From positions 160,001 through 224,000 of the forward strand of contig CAVOKF010000004.1 in NCBI GenBank assembly GCA_963696385.1: a stretch of 64,000 nucleotides of DNA, written 5' to 3'. Positions within the stretch are counted from its first letter, which is position 1. Every line of letters starts with the position of its first letter. The translations under genes and the position numbers were made by a program. This document shows positions 28,323 to 37,288 of this stretch, piece after piece. The stretch comes from an uncultured delta proteobacterium (lineage in GTDB: Bacteria; Myxococcota_A; Polyangia; Polyangiales; Polyangiaceae). The notes beneath the pieces were generated by a model that saw nothing but the letters and a program-made list of their open reading frames with translations, made no database searches and was not told the origin of the DNA.

Positions 28323-28417
28323 GCAGGTCCGAAGATAGCACCAGACGCGGTCGATGGCAGCCGCCGCTACGCGGCGAGTGGCGGCGCGCGCGGCAGAGGC
28401 GTGTTAGGAGGGGGCCG

Positions 28418-29086
28418 ATGCCGTGGATCGAAGCCACGCTGCGGGGCGAGCGCGTTCTCGCACGGGCCAACGAAGACGGGACTCTCGCCGCCGATCGCGG
28501 CAGGGTCGAAATCCGGTACCGGGCGAGCGATAGTCGGGCGTACCGAGCAGCGACGCGCAACCTCGAGGTACCGGACGGCGCCCGGCTGCTCGACGATGCA
28601 TCCTGCCACAAGGCGGAGCCCACGCGGGGCTCGCCGGCGCCGGTCCCGGGACCCGCCGTCGCCGCTCGGGGCGGCTGGATCGCGTACACCGATGGCGCTT
28701 GCTCGGGCAACCCGGGACCGGCCGGCTGTGGGGTCGTGCTCGTCGGGCCCGACGGCAAGATGCACGAAGGACTCGAGTATTTGGGGCAAGCCACCAACAA
28801 CGTCGCGGAGCTCACGGGCATCCTGCGCGCGGTCGAGTGGGTCCCGGCGGATGCGCTTTCCATCGTCGTCCACACCGACAGCCAATATGCGATTGGTGTG
28901 CTGCAGAAGGGCTGGCGGGCCAAGGCCAACCAGGACCTCGTCCAGCGGACGAAGCGCGTCGTGGAATCCCGTAGGGCTCGGCTCGTGTACGTGCCGGGCC
29001 ATCAGGGCGTCACGCTCAACGAGCGCGCCGATCAGCTCGCCCGGGAGGCGGTGCAAGCTCGCACGAGCCGCGTGGCGCGGGCTTAG
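28418..29086 (+). CDS. rnhA: Ribonuclease HI with about 85-aa N-terminal extension
   Basis: YTDGACSGNPG, TNNVAEL, TDSQY, VPGHQG..LNERADQLA. Confidence 0.92.
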   Translation: MPWIEATLRGERVLARANEDGTLAADRGRVEIRYRASDSRAYRAATRNLEVPDGARLLDDASCHKAEPTRGSPAPVPGPAVAARGGWIAYTDGACSGNPGPAGCGVVLVGPDGKMHEGLEYLGQATNNVAELTGILRAVEWVPADALSIVVHTDSQYAIGVLQKGWRAKANQDLVQRTKRVVESRRARLVYVPGHQGVTLNERADQLAREAVQARTSRVARA

Positions 29087-29090
29087 TGCG

Positions 29091-29123
29091 GCGCCCCGTT
29101 GAACGGTAACCCCGCTGCGCCGG
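29091..29123 (+). repeat. Dispersed intergenic repeat, copy 1
   Basis: GCGCCCCGTTGAACGGTAACCCCGCTGCGCCGG; similar to 40400-40432. Confidence 0.5.
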
Positions 29124-29237
29124 TGCGCAGCAGGTCGACGGCAACGCCGGTGGGGAACTAAGCTGATTTGCTTTGGGCTTCGCCCCAACCCCCCCAATGG
29201 TCGGGGGGCTCGAGACGGAGCGGCGGACAGCGGCGTG

Positions 29238-30638
29238 TCAGGGCGCGGCCGCAATCTCCGCCGTCCAACGGCGCGACAGCCCGCAATTGGCGGCGCTGCT
29301 CCATATGCGGGGCCCCGTGCGCGCGGGGCCGAGCACGAAGATCAGTTCGCCGCCCGCGCGTGCGACGGCGATGGGCCCGCGGTCCGCGCGCTCGCGACAA
29401 GCGAACGCCGCCTCGCGCGAGGAAGCCGGCCCGAACTGCTTGTCGAGAGCCCGCGCGACGGCCGAATAAGGGCGCGCCGCCAGGCCCTCCTTGCCGTTGC
29501 CTTCGTCGTAGCGCAAGCGCCAGGCGAACGCGCGACGATCCCCATTGGCGACGAGCAGAGCGCGATCGCCGCCCCATCCCTTGCTCGCGTCCGCGGCCGC
29601 CGCCGGATCCATCCATTCCTCGAAGGCGATGCGCGCGCCGAGCTCTCCCTCCGAGTCGTCGTCGTCCACCGTCCAGCCGGGACCCAGGGTCACGAAGGGT
29701 GGCGCGGTCACCGGCAGCGGCCGTTCGCGCACGTCCCACTTGTCGATGTGCAGAATCTGCTCGGTCGTGGTCGGAGCGTCGTCCCAAGCCCGATCGACCG
29801 CAGCCCACCCGCCACGCCGACGCAGCGCGTTGACGAACAGCGTGCCGTAGATGTACGGGGCGGCGAGCGAGGAGCGCATGATGCGCGGCGCATCGGCCCC
29901 GGGGCCCTGACTGACGCCTTGGCGAATCTGCTGAACGAACACGTCGTCCGGGATGTCCAGGGCGCTGTGTTTGCCGGCCGGCGCGGCGCGCGCGATCATC
30001 ACGTCGAACATGGCGCTCGTCGCATCCCCTTCGGCAAGGGCGCTCAGGGCTTCCGAACAATCGCCGTCTCCGGGCCGGTACCTCGATCGGCTCTCGAGGT
30101 CCCAATGCTGGTCTTGCAACGCGTGCACCAGCTCATGGGCGAGGGTTGCCGTGGCCTCGTCGTCGCCCAAATCGCTCGCGAGGTACATCGTTCCGTCAGA
30201 CGGTTCGTAATAGCCCGCCAATTGGTCTTCGAGGAGCCGATACTCCGCTGCCTCGTAGTCGAACTGCGTCGGAACGAATCCGAACAGCTGGAGTGCGAGC
30301 CCTTCGTTGCGGATCGCCGCCGGTGGGAGCTCGCGTGAGACGTGGTCCTTGACGCGCTCGATCAGCTCGGCGCGTGTGAGCTGCACGCCCGGTACTGGCT
30401 TGAGTGCCACAAGGCCTCGAGCGAGAACGACGCGCCGCAGCATGCGCGCGACCAGGCGGGTCTCGCGCGACGACGGGGGCGCGTCGTCGCTCGCGCTGGG
30501 GGCGGGGGGCAAGGCCCCGGAGTCGGCCGAGCTCGCGGGGGGTGACGGGGCCCGCGGGATTGGCGCGGCAGAACCCAAAGGAGCGCTCCTCGTGCAAGCG
30601 TTCAAGCCAAGCGCAAGCGCAAGCGTCCACCGCTTCAT
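29238..30638 (-). CDS. Lipoprotein with HEXXH zinc-metallopeptidase-like motif
   Basis: Lipobox LNAC; LAGYYEP; LAHELVHALQDQHW; ALAEGDAT; PTTTEQILH. Confidence 0.8.
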   Translation of the reverse strand: MKRWTLALALGLNACTRSAPLGSAAPIPRAPSPPASSADSGALPPAPSASDDAPPSSRETRLVARMLRRVVLARGLVALKPVPGVQLTRAELIERVKDHVSRELPPAAIRNEGLALQLFGFVPTQFDYEAAEYRLLEDQLAGYYEPSDGTMYLASDLGDDEATATLAHELVHALQDQHWDLESRSRYRPGDGDCSEALSALAEGDATSAMFDVMIARAAPAGKHSALDIPDDVFVQQIRQGVSQGPGADAPRIMRSSLAAPYIYGTLFVNALRRRGGWAAVDRAWDDAPTTTEQILHIDKWDVRERPLPVTAPPFVTLGPGWTVDDDDSEGELGARIAFEEWMDPAAAADASKGWGGDRALLVANGDRRAFAWRLRYDEGNGKEGLAARPYSAVARALDKQFGPASSREAAFACRERADRGPIAVARAGGELIFVLGPARTGPRIWSSAANCGLSRRWTAEIAAAP

Positions 30639-31330
30639 GTACCGTCGCCGATTCCACGCTCGGCCTGTCGCCGGAGCGCGGCGATCGTCGCCTCGTACGG
30701 CGGATGCGAAAATACGGCGCTTCCCGCGACGAGAACTCGTGCGCCAGCACCCGTTGCGTGCGCGGCCGTGTCAGGGCTGATTCCTCCGTCGATTTCGAGG
30801 TCAATGGATCGCCCTGAGCGATCGATCATCTCTCGTATCGCACGCACTTTGGGCAGCACCTCCGGCAGGAACGCTTGACCCCCGAACCCCGGGTTGACGC
30901 TCATGACGAGCACCAGATCGACCGAATCGATGACGTATCGAATGGTGTCCTCATGAGTCGCCGGATTGAGCACCACGCCCGGACGCTTTCCCAGGTGTCG
31001 CACGATTTGCAGGGTCCGGTGCAAATGGGTGCACGCCTCCACGTGCACGCTGAGCCCGTCGGCACCGGCGCGCGCAAAATCTTCGAGGTATCTGTCCGGC
31101 TCGACAATCATGAGGTGGACGTCAATCGGCAGCGACGTAGCCGACCGCACCGCCTTGACGACCAGCGGTCCGATCGTGATGTTCGGCACGAAGCGGCCAT
31201 CCATGACGTCGACATGGATCCAATCGGCGCCTGCCGCTTCGGCGGCGCGCACCTCCTCGCCGAGGCGGGCAAAATCGGCCGACAGGATGGACGGCGCGAT
31301 CCGCACGCCATCGTGGTTGGAAGGGATCAC
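30635..31330 (-). CDS. rpe: Ribulose-phosphate 3-epimerase
   Basis: IAPSILSADF, HVDVMDG, DVHLM, MSVNPGFGGQ, IDGGI. Confidence 0.97.
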   Translation of the reverse strand: MIPSNHDGVRIAPSILSADFARLGEEVRAAEAAGADWIHVDVMDGRFVPNITIGPLVVKAVRSATSLPIDVHLMIVEPDRYLEDFARAGADGLSVHVEACTHLHRTLQIVRHLGKRPGVVLNPATHEDTIRYVIDSVDLVLVMSVNPGFGGQAFLPEVLPKVRAIREMIDRSGRSIDLEIDGGISPDTAAHATGAGARVLVAGSAVFSHPPYEATIAALRRQAERGIGDGT

Positions 31331-31451
31331 GCGTGAACCAGGTGGCCGAAGGTTCGGCAGCCGTCAAGTTCCGTGTCGCCACGCGAAGTAGCGTGCTCAA
31401 GGGACGCTTGGGTTGCACCCCATCGCAAAAGGGACGACGCTAGCGGGCGTC

Positions 31452-31922
31452 ATGAACGTGCGCCGCACGACGAAAGGTGACTTCGACCGAATCGTGGAGG
31501 TCATCGATCGTTGGTGGGGCGGCCCGATCAGCACGTTCGCGCACCCGATTTTTTTTTACGAGCTCGGCAAGCACGCACTCGTCGTCGAACAGGGTGCCCA
31601 GATGATCGGGTTTCTGCTGGGATTTCTCGTCGCAGGGTCGGAGACCACGACAATCGCCGAGTCGCCAGCGGTGCCGACCGGGTATGTTCACCTGGTGGGC
31701 ATTCATCCGGACTATCGACTTCGCGGCGTTGGACGACTTCTCTACGATCGGTTTACCGACGAATGCCGTGAGTCTCACTGCCTTCGCATGAAGGCGATCA
31801 CGACGCCGGGCAACGAGGGATCGATCCGATTTCATCTCGCTCTCGGGTGGGGCGTACAAGAGATCGACGACTACGCCGGTCCAGGCCGTCGGCGGATCGT
31901 TTTCACCAAGCAGCTCGTTTAG
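31452..31922 (+). CDS. GNAT acetyltransferase
   Basis: YVHLVGIHPDYRLRGVGRLL; NEGSIRFH..LGW. Confidence 0.88.
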   Translation: MNVRRTTKGDFDRIVEVIDRWWGGPISTFAHPIFFYELGKHALVVEQGAQMIGFLLGFLVAGSETTTIAESPAVPTGYVHLVGIHPDYRLRGVGRLLYDRFTDECRESHCLRMKAITTPGNEGSIRFHLALGWGVQEIDDYAGPGRRRIVFTKQLV

Positions 31923-31966
31923 AGGACTTGGGGTGTTCGCGTCGCTTCCATGGGTAGGGTGTCGAA

Positions 31967-32500
31967 ATGGTGCCGAAGTCATCAAAGTCCTCGCGCGAGA
32001 CGAATGAGCCGCCGATCACGGTGGCCGGACTGCGCGAGATTGGTCTATTCGGGGCCCTCAGCGACGAGGTGCTCGGACGATTGGCCAATGCTTTGAAGCC
32101 GATCCGCGCGGTGCCCGGCGACGCGATTTTTCGGGAAGGCGACGGAGGAGCACGCGAGATGTACGTCGTGCTGGAAGGCGAAATGGAGGTAACGAGACGG
32201 AGCCGGCGCGGTCGAGATATGCGCGTGGCGATTTTGGGCCCGACGGATTGCTTCGGGGAAATGTCGATGATCGACATGCAGTCGCGCTCGGCGACGGTTC
32301 GGGCACTGGCCCCATCGCGTCTGCTTCGGGTGACGAGCGAGGACATGGATACGCTCTATCGTTCGGACCTAAAGTCGTACGCGCTGATCGTTCTCAACAT
32401 TGCCCGAGATCTTTCGCGTCGCCTGCGCGTGGCCGACGGCATTTTGGCCGACTTCACCGTGAACGTGCTCGACGAGTACATGGCCACCAAGCGGGCCTGA
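31967..32500 (+). CDS. Stand-alone cyclic-nucleotide-binding domain protein
   Basis: IFREGD, MYVVLEG, FGEMSMID..SRSATVRA; no HTH. Confidence 0.88.
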   Translation: MVPKSSKSSRETNEPPITVAGLREIGLFGALSDEVLGRLANALKPIRAVPGDAIFREGDGGAREMYVVLEGEMEVTRRSRRGRDMRVAILGPTDCFGEMSMIDMQSRSATVRALAPSRLLRVTSEDMDTLYRSDLKSYALIVLNIARDLSRRLRVADGILADFTVNVLDEYMATKRA

Positions 32501-32575
32501 ACCCCGGCCATCCCGCCCAGCCGGTGGAGCGTGGGCTCTGGTGCGCCATTTCTCTTTCAGAGACAAAGGGCGTTT

Positions 32576-33208
32576 TTAGAGAGGAAAGGCGCTTTCGTCC
32601 TCTGCGAAGGCGTGGGGGTGACGCGCCGAGCCATCGCCTTGCGCTCCCGTGCATTTGTGATCGACGGGATCGACTGGCTCGTAGCAGGGTGCGTCGTCCA
32701 CGGCCGCGTCATGGGGTCCGTCGTCCTCGCCGGGTCCATCGAGACCCGCATCGCTTGGCGAACTCTCGGTCGGAGCGTCTTGCACGTCTTCGGCTGCCGC
32801 GTCGCCGACTTCCCATGCGGCGTCCTCGGGGGCCGCGTCGGAGGCGGCCGCGTCCGCCGCGACTTCTTCAGCCCCAGCCGCGTCGGCCGAGCTCGAAGCC
32901 GCCTGCGGACTCGGATTTGCGGCGGACCCCGCGTCCTCGGACGTCCCAGTGCCCCCCGCGGAGTTCGCCCCCGTGGGTCCCCCGGAGCCAATGAGCGCCG
33001 GTGACCCTGAGCTGCTGCTGCCACTGCCCGCGGCGGAATTGCCGTTGCCGGGCTGCGCGCCAGCCGTCGCACCCGTCATCTGAGGCGGAAGGGGCTGTGG
33101 ATTGAGGTCGCAGCCGAGCCCCGCGACCGCAAGGAGCCCAATCGCGACGGTCCCGGCGATCCTCCGGGCGTTCAATGCGAACCACATAGCCCAAGACACT
33201 GTCAGCAT
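32576..33208 (-). CDS. Low-complexity lipoprotein
   Basis: Lipobox GLGC followed by DLNPQPLPP, then Gly/Ser- and Asp/Ala-rich tracts. Confidence 0.6.
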   Translation of the reverse strand: MLTVSWAMWFALNARRIAGTVAIGLLAVAGLGCDLNPQPLPPQMTGATAGAQPGNGNSAAGSGSSSSGSPALIGSGGPTGANSAGGTGTSEDAGSAANPSPQAASSSADAAGAEEVAADAAASDAAPEDAAWEVGDAAAEDVQDAPTESSPSDAGLDGPGEDDGPHDAAVDDAPCYEPVDPVDHKCTGAQGDGSARHPHAFAEDESAFPL

Positions 33209-33336
33209 AGAATGTGCCGATCAGTTCGTCGCGGCAATGGCGCCTTTCGTCGACCAGAAATGGGCTTCCGGAGCGCATCGGCGATCATGGCTGGCCCAGT
33301 TCGGCACATACGGATATGGGCCGATCTTGAGCGAAC

Positions 33337-33615
33337 ATGACGGTCATGTTAGCCGACTCGCCAATGACGAGCGAAGTGGCCGAGGGGCGGGAACTTTCAC
33401 CGCGCATCCGCCGAGCCCTCGAGCTGAGTTATGGGGTCGAAGGGGTGGTCGCGGCGCGCGTTTGGCAGTGGCCCGGGCGCGTGGCGGTCGGTGTGCGCGG
33501 AGGCAACGCAACTTCTGCGCCGGAGCTCATTCGGCGGGTGGAGGCAGCCGTTGCGGGCCTACGAGAGGCCGGCGAGACATGGGACTTCGGAATCCTCGAG
33601 GATCCGACGAAGTGA
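33337..33615 (+). CDS. Hypothetical protein
   Basis: Ordinary globular composition (ELSYGVEGVVAARVWQWPGRVAVGV); fills the gap between neighbours. Confidence 0.6.
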   Translation: MTVMLADSPMTSEVAEGRELSPRIRRALELSYGVEGVVAARVWQWPGRVAVGVRGGNATSAPELIRRVEAAVAGLREAGETWDFGILEDPTK

Positions 33616-33744
33616 AGAGTGCGCACGGACGAGTGGGTCTCGACCCCAAGTCTCGCGGCCTCACGCGGTGCGCCCCGCACGCCTCGGACAAGGAGATCGC
33701 GCTCGCTTGTGCTGCGAGCGCGAGATCCGGATGCGGACGCCGAT

Positions 33745-33832
33745 TCCGTTCGAGACGGACGTCGCCTCGATTTCGGCTTTTGACCTGGCTTCAGTTAGAG
33801 ACGAAAATCGCCTCGATTTCGGCTTTGACCTG
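33745..33832 (-). repeat. Diverged tandem duplication (about 46-bp period) of the cdnL 3' end
   Basis: TCGCCTCGATTTCGGCTTT(T)GACCTG at 33762-33787 and 33808-33832. Confidence 0.7.
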
Positions 33833-34298
33833 CTCCTCGCCCTGTTTGCGGGCGATGGCAATTTCTTTGACGATGAGCGACCGCGCCGTGTCCAGCATGC
33901 GTCGCTCGCCGAAGCTCAGTTGCTTGTCGGTCTTGAGCCGATAGAGATCGCGAAGAACCTCCGCGACATCGTAGATGGACCCCGTCTTCGATTTTGTCCA
34001 TGAAACCGCGATAGCGGCGGTTCCATGTTTGATTGTCGAACGCGATCGTTCGCTCACGCAGGATGTCGAAAATTTCCTGGATTTCGAGTTCGTTTATAAC
34101 CTGGCGCAGGCCGACCGCTCCGGCGTTGGCGACGGGGACCATGATCTTCCGGTCAGTATCCAAAATGCGCAGCACGTAAAATTTCTGACGGCTGCCCGCG
34201 ATGTCTTTTTCTTCAATACGAATGACTTCCGCCACCCCTTGAGCCGGATACACGGCCTTGTCACCGACCTTGAACTTGACGTCCGTAGCAGCTTGCAT
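33791..34298 (-). CDS. cdnL: CarD/CdnL family RNA polymerase-binding regulator (apparent +1 frameshift near 33989)
   Basis: FKVGDKAVYPAQGV...TWNRRYRGFMDKI | KTGSIYDVAEVLRDL...LSFGERRML. Removing one base restores a full protein. Confidence 0.9.
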
Positions 34299-34516
34299 AG
34301 CGTCTCCTTGCAATGATGCGCCCAGGCTTACCGTCGCCCGGACACCTCGTGTTGAACAGGCGCACCTCGGCCGAACGGTCACCGTCGGCTCACCTGCGTT
34401 CGCCAGAAGGACCGGCGTCTAAGACGGAAACGTGTGGCCTCGAATTCCATTCCGTGCGGGAGCTGGAGTTCGATCAACTCGGCCGGAAAGCCGAGATCAG
34501 GCAAAGCGGCACGCGC

Positions 34517-34545
34517 AGACTAGTGCCACCCCTTCGGGCTGTCAA
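34517..34545 (-). promoter_or_regulatory. Sigma-70 promoter of cdnL
   Basis: TTGACA-N17-TAGTCT on the minus strand, about 210 nt upstream of the ATG. Confidence 0.7.
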
Positions 34546-34683
34546 CTAATCTGTCACCTGTCGGCCATGAAAGTCGCCTCCGGTGGCGCTCGTCAAGGGG
34601 TGTGGAGCCCCCAATTTCACACGGCCTGCCGCCCCGCATGATTTAGGGGGGGAAGAAGCTCGGCGAACCGTGCGCTCGCGTGG

Positions 34684-35655
34684 CTACGGCCGAGGCGCAA
34701 CGGGGGGACCGCCGGAAGATGAGACGACGCTGTTCGCACAGAGCTCTTCCGCCAGCCCCCAACGAACCCCGCGATCGGAAACGATGAGCGAATGGGCACC
34801 CCAATGGCGAAGCAGCGCGAGGGTAATCAGGCCGCCCGCGACGATCACGTCGGCGCGTTTGACCTCCATCCCCGCCACGGCCTCGCGCGTCACGCGGTCC
34901 ATCCGGCTCAAATCGTGGACCACCCTTCGGAGATCGTCGGTTTGCAGCGTTCGACCGTGGATTTCAGCACCTCGATAGGGCACTAGGCCGAGCGCAACCG
35001 CGGCGAGGGTCGTCACCGTGCCGGCCACCCCGACGGGCGGGCGGGCCGGGCCTATCGGAGCAACGCTCGCAAATGCGCTCGTTGCGACGGCTTCAATCGT
35101 TTCGAGTTCCGCGGCTGTCGGAGGATCGTGAGAAACGTGCCGCTCCGTAAGCCGGACACTGCCGATGTCGAAGCTCTCCGAGAACCTCAACACCGGGCCC
35201 GAAGGGTCGTTTCGCCCAATGACGACCTCCGTGCTTCCGCCGCCCACGTCGAATACGGCGACTTCTCCGCGCTCCACACCGGCAATGCCGCTCAGTGCGC
35301 CCCGAAAGGTCAGGCGTGCCTCCTCGCTGCCTGTAAGCACTTGCGCCTCGACGCCGAAGGCCGAGCGCACGCAGGCGCGGATTTCCTCGCCGCCGCCCGC
35401 ATCGCGCATCGCGCTCGTTCCCACGACGGCGACGCTCCGCGCGCCGACCTCCCGCACGGTTTGGGCGTAGCGCTCCAAACAGGCGCACGTACGGGCAACG
35501 GCCGTCGGCGCGAAGCGACGGCTTCGATCCACTCCTTCGCCCAGTCGCGTGATGGTCGCGGCCTCGACAACGGCCCCGAGCGTTCCGTCGCTTCGTCGCT
35601 CCGCGACCAGCAGAAGCAGCGTGTTCGTTCCGATGTCTACGGCGGCGACGCGCAT
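34684..35655 (-). CDS. ppx: Ppx/GppA phosphatase
   Basis: VDIGTNT, TRLGEG, GTSAMRDA, EEARL, DVGGGSTE, GVAGT, RADVI. Confidence 0.93.
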   Translation of the reverse strand: MRVAAVDIGTNTLLLLVAERRSDGTLGAVVEAATITRLGEGVDRSRRFAPTAVARTCACLERYAQTVREVGARSVAVVGTSAMRDAGGGEEIRACVRSAFGVEAQVLTGSEEARLTFRGALSGIAGVERGEVAVFDVGGGSTEVVIGRNDPSGPVLRFSESFDIGSVRLTERHVSHDPPTAAELETIEAVATSAFASVAPIGPARPPVGVAGTVTTLAAVALGLVPYRGAEIHGRTLQTDDLRRVVHDLSRMDRVTREAVAGMEVKRADVIVAGGLITLALLRHWGAHSLIVSDRGVRWGLAEELCANSVVSSSGGPPVAPRP

Positions 35656-35709
35656 ACGCGAGGAGCCCGTCGTCGAGGGACCCGTGTCTCGAACTCGCGT
35701 CGCGCGGGA

Positions 35710-36558
35710 TCAGTTCGCCAGATCCTTCAGGTTGAGCATCTCTTCGACGTTCGGCTGCAGCACGATCTCGACACGTCGATTCTTGGCTTCCTCTTCGCGC
35801 GACTGCTGCTCCACCGTGCCCGCGACCGGGTCCATGGCGCCATAGCCGGCGGCGGCCCAGTGGGAGGCATCGAGACCTCCCCCGCTCGGAATGCCCCGGC
35901 CGTCGTTGCCCTTGTCTGACGCGACGAGGAACGTCAACACTTGTCGCGCTCGCATCAGGCTCAAGCCCCAATTGTCGAAGTACGTGCCACCGTAGGGCTC
36001 CTTGTCGGTGTGTCCCGCAACTTGGAAATTTCGGGTGCTGAGCGTCGCGTCGCCTTTGATGACTTCCGCGACCTGCTTCAAAATTTTCTTCCCATCCGGT
36101 TTGAGGGAATCTTTGCCCGAATCAAATAGGATATCGCCGGGCAGCTGGATGACCATGCGGTTATTCCGAACGACCACCTTCAGACCGACGCTCGTGAGTT
36201 TGTCCAGACGCCCCTTCAGGTCCCGAAAGCGTGCCTTCATGTCGTCGAGCTGCTTCAATCGAGCTTCGTACTCGGACATGGCCTGGCGGAGCTTGGATTT
36301 CTCTTCTTCGGAGCGCGAAAGGCCGACCCCGAGATCCTTCAATTTCGATCGAAGGTCTTCTATCTGCTGCTGAGCTTCGGTGTACTTCTGTTCGTCATCG
36401 GCGTGACGCTTATTTGCGGCGTCGAGATCCGCCTTCAACTTGGCAATGTCACGCTGCGCCTGTTGCCACTCGTCCTCGCTATGACCACAACCCACAACGG
36501 CGAACGACGCGAACAATGCGATAAGAATCAAGCCGACGCGGAACCTCGGAATGAGCAT
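35710..36558 (-). CDS. OmpA/MotB-family coiled-coil lipoprotein
   Basis: Lipobox VVGC; coiled coil; ILFDSG, VAGHTD, NWGLSLMRA, KNRRVEI. Confidence 0.9.
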   Translation of the reverse strand: MLIPRFRVGLILIALFASFAVVGCGHSEDEWQQAQRDIAKLKADLDAANKRHADDEQKYTEAQQQIEDLRSKLKDLGVGLSRSEEEKSKLRQAMSEYEARLKQLDDMKARFRDLKGRLDKLTSVGLKVVVRNNRMVIQLPGDILFDSGKDSLKPDGKKILKQVAEVIKGDATLSTRNFQVAGHTDKEPYGGTYFDNWGLSLMRARQVLTFLVASDKGNDGRGIPSGGGLDASHWAAAGYGAMDPVAGTVEQQSREEEAKNRRVEIVLQPNVEEMLNLKDLAN

Positions 36559-36692
36559 CGTTGACCTCTCCTGGCCTCAGTGACGCGACGGTATCGATCG
36601 GCATCGACAGGGTCAAGGTGCGCGGGCGTCATCCCGACGCGGCGCGTGGACGTCGTCAAGGTCAAGCGTTGCGAACAGTCACAAATTTTTGG

Positions 36693-36748
36693 TTGACATA
36701 TGACGTACGTGACCATATACGTCATCTCAGACTGCCCACCAAAGGAGG
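36693..36748 (+). promoter_or_regulatory. Promoter with overlapping inverted-repeat operator and RBS
   Basis: TTGACA-N17-TATACG; ATGACGTA-N10-TACGTCAT (36700-36725); AAGGAGG at 36742-36748. Confidence 0.65.
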
Positions 36749-36752
36749 GACC

Positions 36753-37043
36753 ATGGCTGCAAAGAAGGGCGCGAAGAAGGCCAAAAAGGGCGCCAAGAAG
36801 ACCAAGACCACGAAGAAGGCGGCAAAGACGGCGAAGAAGCCGGCCAAGCGGAAGGCCGCGAAAAAGCCAGCCAAGCGGGCAGCCGCCAAACGGCCCGTGA
36901 AAAAGGCGGTGCCTCGGTCAGCAGGAAAGACCCCCGCGGCGGCCTCGAAAGCTGCCGCGAAGGCCGCTCCCCCGGCCGGCGTGCCGTCCATGCTCGGCGG
37001 TGCTCCGACGTCGAGCCACGGCCCCGACGACGGAGAAGAATGA
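36753..37043 (+). CDS. Lys/Ala-rich histone H1-like DNA-binding protein
   Basis: MAAKKGAKKAKKGAKK...KKPAKRKAAKKPAK; strong RBS; short acidic tail DDGEE. Confidence 0.8.
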   Translation: MAAKKGAKKAKKGAKKTKTTKKAAKTAKKPAKRKAAKKPAKRAAAKRPVKKAVPRSAGKTPAAASKAAAKAAPPAGVPSMLGGAPTSSHGPDDGEE

Positions 37044-37125
37044 CATCGGTGTCTTTGCTTGCGCTTCGTCTTTACGGGTTCGCGAGACCCGCATTTCGCT
37101 CGCTGCATTATTAGCGGCGGGCTTC

Positions 37126-37168
37126 AAAGGAGCGGGCGCCTCGTTTGCGGGGCGCCCGTTTCCTTTTT
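37126..37168 (+). terminator. Rho-independent terminator (probably bidirectional)
   Basis: AAAGGAGCGGGCGCCTCG-TTTG-CGGGGCGCCCGTTTCC-TTTTT. Confidence 0.8.
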
Positions 37169-37288
37169 GTGGCCGAACAGCGGCTGGCTTGGAAAGATCC
37201 CCCTGGCCCAAAGACCGCTGGCTCGGGATTCCCCCTTCCGGGGCTCAAAAGAGTCGCCGGCTGGTCGCGGGCCTGGCGGGCACTGGAC

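Noticed and set aside
29170..29212. REP-like GGGGCGAAGCCC hairpin (similar motif near 34597-34613)
   Set aside because: Short, low-complexity and poorly matched. Cannot be supported without genome-wide counts.
33791..34298. cdnL as a true pseudogene or programmed frameshift
   Set aside because: No slippery sequence, both halves are fully conserved, and the context matches the second indel. Probably an error.
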